NCBI RefSeq assembly: GCF_001194135.2
Contig: NC_068997.1
Location: 24,253,806 to 24,317,805, forward strand
Source of the DNA: Octopus bimaculoides
Lineage: Eukaryota
Reading direction: 5' to 3'
Length of the DNA stretch: 64,000 nt
Shown piece by piece: positions 51,915 to 64,000 of this stretch. The notes below the pieces were generated by a model. That model was not told where the DNA came from and did no database searches. It saw only the letters and a program-made list of their open reading frames with translations. The translations under genes and the position numbers were made by a program. Each line of letters begins with the position of its first letter. Within the stretch, counting starts at the first letter, position 1.

Positions 51915-54900
51915 CGACGACATTGTTATCGCTAGTTGGAATGTCTTTGTTCATAGGTATTCTAGACCAGGGCTGACTTAGATCTAAACAACAACAAAGA
52001 AAAAACAGCAACATCAATAACATCATTATTATCCTCATCGTCGTCGTCATCATCATCATCATCATCAACAACAACAACAACAACGGCAGCAGCAACAACA
52101 AAATCGATGAATTACGTTGTGTCTTCTCAGACCTAAATAGACTGGACATTTTGAAATCTAAGTTACTTGGTCGCCAACGGAACGACAATAACAATGATAT
52201 AATGTGAACAATGGATCTCTCTTTTGCTTTCTATCATTCTCTGTCATTCAAGGTCTCATACCCCCCCCCCCCCCNNNNNNNNNNNNNNNNNNNNNNNNNN
52301 NNNNNNNNNNNNNNNNNNNNTTTTTCTCTTTCTCTCGCTCCTCTCTCTCTCTCTCAATAAAACGTTCGGTCACTGTCAGAAGCATAGATAAATGAGATTC
52401 TAGTTAAATAATGTCCGAGTTTTAGTGCTGTTGATGTCGAAAGGTGGACTCCTACTTTGTCATTTTTAATTAATTTGTGCGTGGTGAGGTTTGGCAGACA
52501 ATCGTCGAACGGTGAACGAAAGGAGTTACAATATATAATTTCATCTCACTATATCTGTTATCAATCAAAATTTACCTGAAATATACCATCATGTTATATA
52601 TTGCGAGAGCTTGAGCCAAAGAAAGTGCTTCTACGTGGCTGCTAGAAATAGCAACCAGATCTCTCTCAAATTACATTCTACAATCTTAAATTCCTCCCCT
52701 TTGCCGAAGTAAAATATATTTAGAATTTCATTCTACATATGAAAGATTCAATACGATCACTCAGATGAGATACTGTAATATGTAACGTGAAAGCACATGG
52801 CTTTGTTATTGGGGTATTTAACTCATGGGTTCGATTTACGGATCGGACGGATCGTGGTGTCCTTGAACGAGTACTTTTCCTACTGAGATTTCTTCAACTC
52901 TGCTGAAATCCAGCAACATCTTGTTAGTACCTTATTCGTTATATTCAGCAGTCAGACTTCTTGACGTTCCGCAGGGTAACAGAATATAGGAGCTAAGCAT
53001 TGAATGAATTTTTATCCGCTAGCAAGTACATTGACACTTAAAACAGTTCGCGAAGGCTTGGTATAGGCTATCAACAAACATATTCGCTTGTGTATGACAG
53101 CTGAACTAATGCATGGTGAATTGAAAATATTTTCAGGCAAATGATATTCCCAATGCAATTGAAAATCAAAATTTCTACTTATGATATATTAAAATATTTA
53201 AGTAAGAGAAATAATGTTTCTTCATTACGTGATTACACCATAGTTTTTGTTAAACATAATTTGTATAAACTGCATCATCCATTTTTTTTTTGTCGGTTTT
53301 TGTAAAATTTCTTTGTCTTTATTTTCGGCTGTCAGACAGTCGTTTGAGAGTGGTTTCTCTGTTATTTCAAGCCTTTCAGCTTGATTGTACAGAGGTTTCT
53401 CTCGTTGATTCGAAGGTAATTAAAGCAGACATGATAGGTAAACTGGTAGTTAAGAATATCCTCGTTGTTGGTGTTGCTTCTGCCGCTGCTGCTGCTGCTC
53501 CTGTTATTGTTGTTGTTGTTGAAAGCCAGGTTAGATTTGATCAAGCAGATTGATGATCAAAAGGCGTTCCAGCCATTTCCATTCGTTTTTGTTTTATTTT
53601 TATTTTTCTCTAACATATTGTGTCTAGTGCTGCATTATCGAATAAGTCCTTCCTTTTTGTGAGAGAGAACGCGTGATTACAGAGAGTTTTAGCTGCAATT
53701 TGTAACCAATTCAATGACCGTTTCCAGTTGATGTTGTTATTACAACATACAAGCACATATATCTATACACTCACAACCACACACATAAGCATACGCAAAC
53801 ATACACACGCACGTAATGAGAGGCCTTATATGTGTACATTTACATAATATATATATATATATATATATANNNNNNNNNNNNNNNNNNNNNNNNNNNNNNN
53901 NNNNNNNNNNNNNNNNNNNNNNNNNNNNNNNNNNNNNNNNNNNNNNNNNNNNNNNNNNNNNNNNNNNNNNNNNNNNNNNNNNNNNNNNNNNNNNNNNNNN
54001 NNNNNNNNNNNNNNNNNNNNNNNNNNNNNNNNNNNNNNNNNNNNNNNNNNNTATATATATATATATATATATGTCTGAGTATGTGTATGTATATATATGT
54101 ATGTATGTGCGTATGTATATGTACATATGTGTACATATATAAGTATATATATATGTGTACATATATACATGTATATATATGTGTGTATATGTATGGACTT
54201 ACGCATGTTTGCATTACTATATGTGCGTATATAAAGGGTTGGCTGCACAATAGATTTAGGTATCCTTGCGTAATCCTTATTAACACACGTTCGCATACGA
54301 AACACATATACACACTCACAAACACACACACACAAGGTCGGAAATATATATCTGAGAGAGAGAGGGGGGGAGTAAGAGAGGGAGAATGAGTGATTGTGTG
54401 TTCATGAGTGTATGGCAATCAGGATTATGCAAGCTTATCTAAAATCATCGTCCATCCAAGCTTGTGAAGCCGATATATATACATAGATATATTCATGTTT
54501 ATACGTATATATACACACAAGCATACATATATACGAACATAGATACATACGTGCATGCATACATTCGTAAGTACGTACATACATACATATAACTGCGCAG
54601 TCGACCCTATCTCATTTAGTGAAAGACAATATGAAATGCAATACAGAAATTATGGCCGATTCATAGGTTACATAAATTCCTTTATGTTGCCGTTACACTA
54701 TACGCTCCCAAGTGTTCTCAGTGCTTCACCCGAGCGTCTACTTAGCCAACGTGGCCAACACACGAAACTCTATTGCTTAAGCTTCTGCTTCTTCCCAACA
54801 CACGCTAAGCTCCGCCACCACCATCAACCACAATTTCAATGAAGGACATCACGAGCATCGCCAACACGAACATTCGTTGTTCGCTCACTCACGTACTTTA

Positions 54901-55010
54901 CTACGTCCACTCGCACATTCACACACATGCACACGCAAATAAGCATACACATGGATTCGTAGGCAAACATAGACGTACAAATAAGCACATATAGATTTAT
55001 AGTTACGTAC

Positions 55011-55091
<81 letters not shown>

Positions 55092-55097
55092 TGTATG

Positions 55098-55140
<43 letters not shown>

Positions 55141-55499
55141 ATATATATACATACATATATACATCTATACATACATGAACATATATTTATAGACATGCAC
55201 GTATACACATGCATATAACTGCACACACACGAACTCACACGTACACAAACACGTACACATATACGCACACGCACAAGCGCGTACACACCACCTCACACAC
55301 GCGTACACTACTCGTCAGACACAAGGCAAGTCACACACGCGTCGTCTTCCAAGCAATCACACCGGGCGTCAACCCTTGTGCTGGCTGAGTGCTTGCTTTA
55401 CTGTCTGAAGTTGACAAAATCAATAAGAGTGTGCGAGGCCGTTTGATCTGTAACGTCTGATAGCTCGGCACGAACGCTGTTGTAATTTGTTACATTCCG

Positions 55500-55839
55500 G
55501 GCGGGTTGAAGACTATACTAGTTATTATGGCTGTGGTGGTGGTGGTGGGTGTATTGGTGGCGGCTGTAGTAGTGTGAATGGTTATGAGGGTGAGATGGGT
55601 GGTGACACTCAGGCGTCGGCGTCGTTGGTGTCCTTCTGTTGGTGTTGTTCGTGGTGGCGATGTCTGCTATATTCGTGGTGTTAATGGCAGCTGTGATGAT
55701 GGATACCATAGTTACGGTAGTAGTAGTAGTAGTAATAGTACTGTTCAGGACGGCGATGTTGGCGATGATGGTCTTTCTGATAATGATGAGGATGGTGGTG
55801 GTAGTGGTGGTGATGATGATGACGATGACAACGGTGATA

Positions 55840-55871
<32 letters not shown>

Positions 55872-57444
55872 GGTGCTGGTGGTGATTTCTGTCGTAATGT
55901 GAACAGTAGTAGGTGGTGATGTTGGACGATGGCTTCCAGGATGGTAATGGTCATGTCACTCTTAATTGAAATGGTCGTCGTGTTCGTGCTGTTGTTTCTG
56001 ACGTTGGTGTTGACGATGTCTTTAATGGCAGTGATGTTGATGGTGGTCTATCTAAGATGTGAAGTGGTCTTAGTGATGGCAAATATTTAAGATGATAGTC
56101 TCAATAGATATGATAGTGGTTGTTGCTTATCTTCATGGTGTATTAATGATGACAATTGTGCTGTTCATGGTAGTCGTAGAAATGATGATGGTCTGAGCGA
56201 TAGTAATGACCATGATGTTGGTCTTACAAGAAGTGGTGGAGATGATGGCCTTGGTCTTGGTAGTGGTGGTGGTGGTGGTGGTGGTGGTGGTGGTGGTGAT
56301 TTTAGTGATGATGATGGTCGTGGTCGTGATAGCGGCAGTGGAGGTGGAGGGGATTGTGGTCGTGGTAGTAGTGTTAGTAGAAGTGGTGAAGGTGGTATCG
56401 TGGTGGTCGTGGTAATGAAGTGGATGGTAATGATGGTGGTGTTAGTTGAGATTNNNNNNNNNNGGTGGTGGTGGTGATTTTAGTGATGATGATGGTCGTG
56501 GTCGTGATAGCGGCAGTGGAGGTGGAGGGGATTGTGGTCGTGGTAGTAGTGTTAGTAGAAGTGGTGAAGGTGGTATCGTGGTGGTCGTGGTAATGAAGTG
56601 GATGGTAATGATGGTGGTGTTAGTTGAGATTGTTGCGTTGATGATGGTTTGGGTGCGGCAGTATTTGGTGGTGCTCCCGATCTTAGTGATGGTAAGGATA
56701 GCAATGATGATGGTAGTGGTGGTGGTGGTGATAGTGGTAGTGGTGTGGTGTATATCATGGTGGTGATACTGATGATTTAAGTGCGGATGGCTACGTTGAC
56801 GGCATTGACGGTTCTGACAACGTTGACGGCGTTGACGACGTTGACGGCATTGACGACGTTGACGGCATTGACGACGTTGACGGCGTTGACGGTGTTGACA
56901 GCGTTGACAGTGTTGACAGTGTTGACGGCGTTGATGGAGTTGACGGCGCTGACGACGTTGACAGCGTTGACGACATTGGACGTTTTGATGGTGTTCACGA
57001 CGTTGGTGGACTTTTTGTCAGTAGTTGAAGACGTTATTGAAGATAGCAGTAGTAATGGTGATGGTAGTGGTCTTTTTAGTGGTGTTGTTGATGATGTTTA
57101 TCCAAACATACGTGAGATTGAGATGCTTTTGAGAATGTTGGCTTTCGTCCTTTTAGTGTTGGCCGCGATATTGACTCTTGTGGTGTTAATAGCATGAGCA
57201 GTAGTGGTCTTCATGCTGGTGGTGAAAGTTCCTGTAGGAGTAGTCACAGTGGTAGTGTTGATAGCAGTAGTTGTGGTATTAGTAGTTGTGCTGTTGGTGG
57301 TTTGTATGTTTTGATGGAAGTCGCGGTTTTGTTGACGGTGTTTGTGAAAAAAGGGGTTGTAACGCTGGTGTTTAAATCGTGTCAGCATGGTATTGTTCTT
57401 GTTGTTAGTGGTTGTGGTCGTGGAGGTGGTGGTGGTGGTGGTGG
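55500..57444 (+). repeat. Cryptic triplet-periodic (GGT/GAT/AGT/GTT) low-complexity region, CpG-rich
   Basis: Triplet periodicity with repeated register shifts and stops in all frames. Confidence 0.8.
56795..56974 (+). repeat. 9-bp minisatellite, consensus GTTGACGRC, 20 units with no indels
   Basis: Units read directly (gttgacggc, attgacgac, gttgacagt...); the TGA core is invariant. Confidence 0.92.
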
Positions 57445-58059
57445 NNNNNNNNNNNNNNNNNNNNNNNNNNNNNNNNNNNNNNNNNNNNNNNNNNNNNNNN
57501 NNNNNNNNNNNNNNNNNNNNNNNNNNNNNNNNNNNNNNNNNNNNNNNNNNNNNNNNNNNNNNNNNNNNNNNNNNNNNNNNNNNNNNNNNNNNNNNNNNNN
57601 NNNNNNNNNNNNNNNNNNNNNNNNNNNNNNNNNNNNNNNNNNNNNNNNNNNNNNNNNNNNNNNNNNNNNNNNNNNNNNNNNNNNNNNNNNNNNNNNNNNN
57701 NNNNNNNNNNNNNNNNNNNNNNNNNNNNNNNNNNNNNNNNNNNNNNNNNNNNNNNNNNNNNNNNNNNNNNNNNNNNNNNNNNNNNNNNNNNNNNNNNNNN
57801 NNNNNNNNNNNNNNNNNNNNNNNNNNNNNNNNNNNNNNNNNNNNNNNNNNNNNNNNNNNNNNNNNNNNNNNNNNGCTGCTGTTGGTGAGAGTTTGTTGAT
57901 GGTGATGGTGGTGGTGGTGGTTTTGGTGGTGGTAGTGTTGTTGTTGTTGGATGGCGGTGTTAGCGGTGGCGGTGTTGCCTCAATTACTTTAGGAATTCCC
58001 TTGTGTTCCGACTGCCTTTCATTCTATATTGATCAAAAATTTATTTGAAGTTTCCACAA

Positions 58060-58097
58060 CTCAAAGCGAAAGAGAAAGAGAACGAGAGGGAGAATGA

Positions 58098-58141
<44 letters not shown>

Positions 58142-58319
58142 GAGAGTGAGAAAGAGAATTAGACAAAACGAGAAAGAGAAAGAAAGAATGAAAGAAAGAG
58201 AGAAAGAGAGAGATTATGTGTGTGATTGGGAATAACTGAGAGAGAAATGATGCAAGTGTTAGTCTATATTTGTAATAGAGCGAAAGAGAGAAAGAGATAG
58301 AGAGGGAGAAAGACAGAGA

Positions 58320-58358
<39 letters not shown>

Positions 58359-58565
58359 TGAGTGAGCTTGTAGGAGAAAGATATTGGGGGAGTGAGTAAA
58401 TATGTGAATCATAAACAGATACTGGAGAATTAGAGAAGCAGAGGGAGCGGAAGAGAGAGAGAGAGAGACTGAGGGTGATATAGAAGGCTTGTGTATGTGT
58501 GAAAGTGAAAGTGAAAGTGAAAGAGAGAGAGAGAGAGAGAAACTGGGAGGGAGAGAGAGAAAGAT
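58060..58565 (+). repeat. (AG)n/(GAAA)n purine-rich tract
   Basis: Direct reading. Confidence 0.9.
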
Positions 58566-58798
58566 GAAGAGTCAAATATTGTGTATGCGTTCATTTCTGT
58601 GTGTGCTCTTATGGTTCCAGTACGTAAGAGGGAATGTGATACAGAAAAATTAAAGAGATAGAAATATATAACGAGTAAAACTGTAACAAAAGAGTAAATG
58701 TCATATATTATAATAGAATTGTCTTTAATTCTTTCTTACGTACTCCTGTATGAGTTTCAATGCAATTCTGTATATCTTTATCTCTCTCTACCTCTCTT

Positions 58799-58843
<45 letters not shown>

Positions 58844-59514
58844 TTCTCTGTTTCTCTCGCTCTCTCCTTCTCTATATCTATATGCAATCATACATATATA
58901 AATGCATAAATACATACATACACACAGATATATACATATATGTATATATATATATANNNNNNNNNNNNNNNNNNNNNNNNNNNNNNNNNNNNNNNNNNNN
59001 NNNNNNNNNNNNNNNNNNNNNNNNNNNNNNNNNNNNNNNNNNNNNNNNNNNNNNNNNNNNNNNNNNNNNNNNNNNNNNNNNNNNNNNNNNNNNNNNNNNN
59101 NNNNNNNNNNNNNNNNNNNNNNNNNNNNNNNNNNNNNNNNNNNNNNNNNNNNNNNNNNNNNNNNNNNNNNNNNNNNNNNNNNNNNNNNNNNNNNNNNNNN
59201 NNNNNNNNNNNNNNNNNNNNNNNNNNNNNNNNNNNNNNNNNNNNNNNNNNNNNNNNNNNNNNNNNNNNNNNNNNNNNNNNNNNNNNNNNNNNNNNNNNNN
59301 NNNNNNNNNNNNNNNNNNNNNNNNNNNNNNNNNNNNNNNNNNNNNNNNNNNNNNNNNNNNNNNNNNNNNNNNNNNNNNNNNNNNNNNNNNNNNNNNNNNN
59401 NNNNNNNNNNNNNNNNNNNNNNNNNNNNNNNNNNNNNNNNNNNNNNNNNNNNNNNNNNNNNNNNNNNNNNNNNNNNNNNNNNNNNNNNNNNNNNNNNNNN
59501 NNNNNNNNNNNNNN

Positions 59515-59552
<38 letters not shown>

Positions 59553-59577
59553 GCAAACATATATATACACACATATA

Positions 59578-59609
<32 letters not shown>

Positions 59610-60009
59610 AATGCATGTAAGTACATAAATATATACATAGAAGCATTAATACATACATATATATGTATATGTATGTATGTATGTACGTACATACGTATGT
59701 ATGAACGCATGCATGCATGCATGCATGTATGTATGTATGTATCTATGTATGTATGCATGTATCTATGTATGTTTGCTTGTTTGTTTGTATGTATGTATTA
59801 TTGTGTCCGATATCATGCAGGCTCCATTCACTATTTGCATTGTGCTTCAGAGATTGAACAATGGAAAGAGCGAAACGAACGTCTGCAGTCCGTAAGATAC
59901 CGTTGTCAATAAAATGAATACAGTGTACACTCAAAATGTATTGAGTCCATTTTTTACAACATCCAATCATATGATAAAAACGGAAGGAGTTAAAGTAAAA
60001 GATCTCTCT

Positions 60010-60595
60010 AAAAACTACGTTAAGAGAACATCTATTTGTGGAGTACTCAGCCATCCTTTGAATTTCTCTAAAAAGTAAGAGAACAGTTGTTTGTCGAGTA
60101 CTCAGCCACTTGCACGTTAATTTCGCGAGCAGACTGTTCCGTTGATCGGATCAATTAAGATTTGTTGTTGTTGTTGTTGGCACTCCGTCGCTTACGACGT
60201 CGAGGGTTCCAATTGATCCGATCAACGGAACAGCCTGCTCGTGAAATTAACGTGCAAGTGGCTGAGCACTCCACAGACACATATACCCTTAACGTAGTTC
60301 TCGGGGATATTCAGCGTGACACAGTGTGACAAGGCTGACCCTTTGAATTACAGGTACAACAGAAACAGGAAGTAAGAGTGCGAGAAAGTTGTGGTGAAAG
60401 AGTACAGCAAGGTTCACTACCATCCCCTGCCGGAGCCTCGTGGAGCTTTAGGTGTTTTCGCTCAATAAACACTCACAACGCCCGGTCTGGGAATCGAATC
60501 CGCGATCCTATGACCGCGAGTCCGCTGCCCTAACCACTGGGTCATTGCGCCTCCACCAATTGAAATTATCGTTGTTGTAACCGACGGAAGGCCGA
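60010..60595 (+). mobile_element. Older SINE family D 3' part (~60010-60162 plus ~60557-60595), split by the antisense copy below
   Basis: aactacgttaag...gagtactcagccacttgcacgttaatttcgcgagcagactgttccgttgatcggatcaatt resumes after the insertion as caattgaaattatcgttgttgtaaccgacggaaggcc, which matches the tail of the younger copy. Confidence 0.7.
60163..60556 (-). mobile_element. Young full-length SINE family D (tRNA head, Nin/Deu-like central motif, (CAA)n tail), ~11-bp TSD
   Basis: Head gtggaggcgcaatgacccagtggttagggc (A box) ...ggattcgattccc (B box); central ccacttgcacgttaa; tail gccaacaacaacaac; TSD caattaagatt (60152-60162) / caattgaaatt (60557-60567). Confidence 0.88.
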
Positions 60596-61425
60596 TTTGG
60601 TTACTGCTTACCAAAATCAAAAGAAAAGTACAATAGAAAATTTTAAAAAAAACAACAAAATAATGAAACAAGTGACTAATTTCAACTGTAGCCTATACAA
60701 TCATTAATATTACGTCTGGCTGCACAGTCGTTATATAATCTAAATGTATTCACATACACGCTCAAGAAACCGGTTCTGCTTTTTGGGAAATGTATCAATA
60801 TTTTGATATGAAAAGTGAGAAAAATACGGTATAATCATACGTAGAGATGGTACAATTTGTTTTAAATATTGTCACCTACTTAATGGTAGATTTCATCGGT
60901 TTAATCTCCGATTGCATACGCAATTTTCTGGAGTGGATTCAGGTTTGACAATACAGTGATTAAGATATTACGAAATAAAACTATCCTGGTTAGTAAAAAA
61001 GATGAAAGTAAATTAATCAGATAATCAAAGACTTCAATGAGATTTTCTTTAATCGAATTGCTGTCTCGGGCATTTCAGGCGAGCAAAAATACGAAGCCAA
61101 AGCGAAAAGAAAACCAAAGTTATCAACATGGAAGAAACTTGAAATAGATAAATGCAGTATGTGCAAGATGGAAATCAAAAAGAATAGCTGTAATATACGG
61201 AGTACTTGCTATAGAAAACAAAAGTGACCAAACATACTCGAAACTTTAATACACGATGAGATTCATGTAACTGACTCAGTGGAGTGAAGGTGTCACACAC
61301 ATACACACATACATACACAGAGTCACACACACCACACACAGAAACAAACAAACACGCATTTAAAAAAGCCATATGCACGAGTGTATCTGCATAGACACAG
61401 ATATATAAATGCACGTACATACATA

Positions 61426-61578
61426 CGTGGCTGTATGGTAAGAATCTTGTTACCCAATTACATATATTGCGTTCAGCCCCACTACATAGTAACTTGGGCA
61501 AATGTTTTGTATTATAGCCTCAGGCTGCGCAATACCTCATGAGCGAATTTGGTAAACGGAAACTGAAAGAAACTCGTC

Positions 61579-61585
<7 letters not shown>
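61426..61585 (+). mobile_element. Decayed SINE family B 5' half, running into (GT)n and a gap
   Basis: gtggctgtatggtaagaa...cttgggcaaatg...tatagcctcagg...atttggtaaacggaaactgaaagaaa. Confidence 0.72.
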
Positions 61586-61628
<43 letters not shown>

Positions 61629-62135
61629 NNNNNNNNNNNNNNNNNNNNNNNNNNNNNNNNNNNNNNNNNNNNNNNNNNNNNNNNNNNNNNNNNNNNNNNN
61701 NNNNNNNNNNNNNNNNNNNNNNNNNNNNNNNNNNNNNNNNNNNNNNNNNNNNNNNNNNNNNNNNNNNNNNNNNNNNNNNNNNNNNNNNNNNNNNNNNNNN
61801 NNNNNNNNNNNNNNNNNNNNNNNNNNNNNNNNNNNNNNNNNNNNNNNNNNNNNNNNNNNNNNNNNNNNNNNNNNNNNNNNNNNNNNNNNNNNNNNNNNNN
61901 NNNNNNNNNNNNNNNNNNNNNNNNNNNNNNNNNNNNNNNNNNNNNNNNNNNNNNNNNNNNNNNNNNNNNNNNNNNNNNNNNNNNNNNNNNNNNNNNNNNN
62001 NNNNNNNNNNNNNNNNNNNNNNNNNNNNNNNNNNNNNNNNNNNNNNNNNNNNNNNNNNNNNNNNNNNNNNNNNNNNNNNNNNNNNNNNNNNNNNNNNNNN
62101 NNNNNNNNNNNNNNNNNNNNNNNNNNNNNNNNNNN

Positions 62136-63156
62136 AACAAACAGCAAATGAGTATATGCATATATACGTACAGGTATGTGCATACCGACATTCACCTGTA
62201 TGTATAGGTGCATATCTGGGCACAGGACATTGCAAACAAAACAGAGACGAGAAAACACACAAGTCACATAGAGAACATTCTACTTCATCAGCTAACCCCG
62301 CTCCAACACCGGCGCCTCGAAGAGCTGGGCAGGACGCATCGCCAAAACGGCTCTTCCCATGGACCGCAAATTAAACCTGCATACACAAATCAAATCCTGC
62401 CATGGAGGAATGTAGTGGCGGACAAAAAACAAGTCAGGAAAACAAACAGAAAAGGCTTCACGGCCAGACGAGAAAAATTATGTGTGTATGAAAGCTGTGA
62501 GGCACGAACTTGAAAGTAGGGACGAAGCGGCCCGCGTGTCTGCTCGGCGACAGCCAAAGAAGAAAAGGATCACTGACCGGAAGCACGTGACCATGCCGGT
62601 GCAAGGGGAAGAGAGAGAGTGGTACAGGGAGAAACAAAGGGAGGAAGTAGAAGAATAGGTGAGCAGCGAAAGGAAAAGAGAACGAGAGGAAGTACGAGGG
62701 GGAAAAAAGAGATACGTAGTAGTAACAGAGGAAGAATGAGAGGGGTAAAGCGAGATACGTAGTAGTAAAGAGGAAGAACGAGAGGGGCAAAAATGATAGA
62801 GGAAGAGAAAGAGAAAGAGATAGAGTAGCGTCGGAAAATATGAAGTTACGAAAACTACTTACAATTGGAGACGCTGCGTTCAGTCATGCAAAAACAAACA
62901 GCAAAAGAGTATATGCATATATACGTACAGGTATGTGCATACCGACATCCACCTGTATGTATAGGTGCATATCTGGGTACAGGATATTGCAAACAAAACA
63001 GAGACGAGAAAACACACAAGCCACATAGAGAACATTCTACTTCATCAGCTACCCCCGCTCCAACACCGGTGCCTCGAAGAGCTGGGCAGGACGCATCGCC
63101 AAAACGGCTCTTCCCATGGACCGCAAATTCAACCTGCATACACAAATCAAATCTTG
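62136..63156. repeat. Pair of 264-bp direct repeats (62136-62399, 62893-63156), 757-bp period; possible Penelope-like pseudo-LTRs
   Basis: 9 substitutions in 264 bp (96.6%); both outer ends run into N gaps; the minus strand carries CTGATGA and an internal hairpin. Confidence 0.75.
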
Positions 63157-63166
63157 NNNNNNNNNN

Positions 63167-63205
<39 letters not shown>

Positions 63206-63847
63206 GTGTGTGTGTGTGTGTATGTATGTATATATATATATGTATGTATATGTCCTTACGTATATATAAATCTGTATGCATATATAAATATAGATATAGA
63301 CACACTCACATATATATGTAGATGTATGCGTATATGTATATAGATATAAATTACGTGTACTTGTATCTCTTCCTCTCTTACTTTCTCATTCTCTTTAATA
63401 TGTGTGTGTGTGAACGCGCACGCGTGTGTCTGTCCGTCTGTGTACGAGAGTAAGTGTGTGTGTGTGTGTAAGTGGGTTTAGAAATTTATATGGCGCTAAA
63501 TTTTGAATTCGCGTCGCTGCTTCTGCTGGGTTGAATAATTCGAAGCATCAGTATAAACGTTTATTACTAATTAAATATAACAAAAAAAATAAATAAATAG
63601 CTTTTAAACAAACACACTATTATATAAACATACGCACGCAAAATCACACGTACGCATGCACACACACAAGCACACGCACACACACCCGCACACATCTAAA
63701 CGCACAGAAGCGCAAAATCCCAAAAATATGCAGACACGGAAATAAAAAAAATGAAATGCAGAGTTGTATTCATAACAAAATATCCGATTGAGTATTGATC
63801 ATTGTTAAATGTTACATATACATGCATACACACGCAGTTGTGTGTAA

Positions 63848-63849
<2 letters not shown>

Positions 63850-63921
<72 letters not shown>

Positions 63922-64000
63922 CTACATATATATATATATATACATATATATAAACATATATATATATATATATATACATATATATACATATATATACATA
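63850..64000. repeat. (CA)n and (TA)n microsatellite
   Basis: Direct reading. Confidence 0.95.

Noticed and set aside
56281-56630. Identical ~170-bp duplication on both sides of a 10-N gap
   Set aside because: Exact copies flanking a minimal gap are the signature of an unmerged contig overlap, not a real tandem repeat.
56795-56974. Short regular repeats considered as a CRISPR-like array
   Set aside because: 9-bp contiguous units with no spacers, in a eukaryotic context with no cas genes.
55487-58048. Gly/Asp/Ser-rich and Thr-rich (mucin-like) ORFs
   Set aside because: The triplet register shifts repeatedly and stops occur in every frame; best explained as decayed GGT/GAT microsatellite.
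60481-60556. tRNA-like sequence with A and B boxes
   Set aside because: It is the head of SINE D, continuous with the SINE body, tail and TSD; not a tRNA gene.

Overview
Eukaryotic, AT-rich, extremely microsatellite-dense scaffold with many N gaps (largest about 38627-39563, 41410-42115, 32198-32760, 58957-59514, 61629-62135). The SINE families and simple-repeat load look like an octopus (coleoid cephalopod) short-read assembly; this is inference from pattern recognition, not a database hit. I recognise no host protein-coding gene, rRNA, true tRNA gene or CRISPR array. Nearly all ORFs in the track are translations of microsatellites or N runs. The window reads as intronic or intergenic DNA built from decayed mobile elements: at least four tRNA-headed SINE families, several Dong/R4-clade (RT + restriction-like endonuclease) LINE remnants, a gag-like LINE ORF1 remnant, three mariner remnants, a DD41D (rosa/Visitor-type) Tc1/mariner element and two MITE-like elements. 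The most unusual structures are (i) a ~1.5 kb degenerate palindrome at 45721-47207, (ii) a SINE inserted antisense into an older copy of its own family, giving a 61-bp 95% hairpin at 60096-60271, (iii) a fold-back MITE with a perfect 8-bp TSD and internal TTAGGG-like repeats at 14156-14924, (iv) a decayed minimal hammerhead ribozyme at 8406-8468, and (v) a 264-bp direct-repeat pair with a lone CUGAUGA at 62136-63156. The window is rich in closely spaced inverted repeats that could form dsRNA if transcribed. All alignments and translations were done by eye, and element boundaries are approximate unless a TIR or TSD is quoted.
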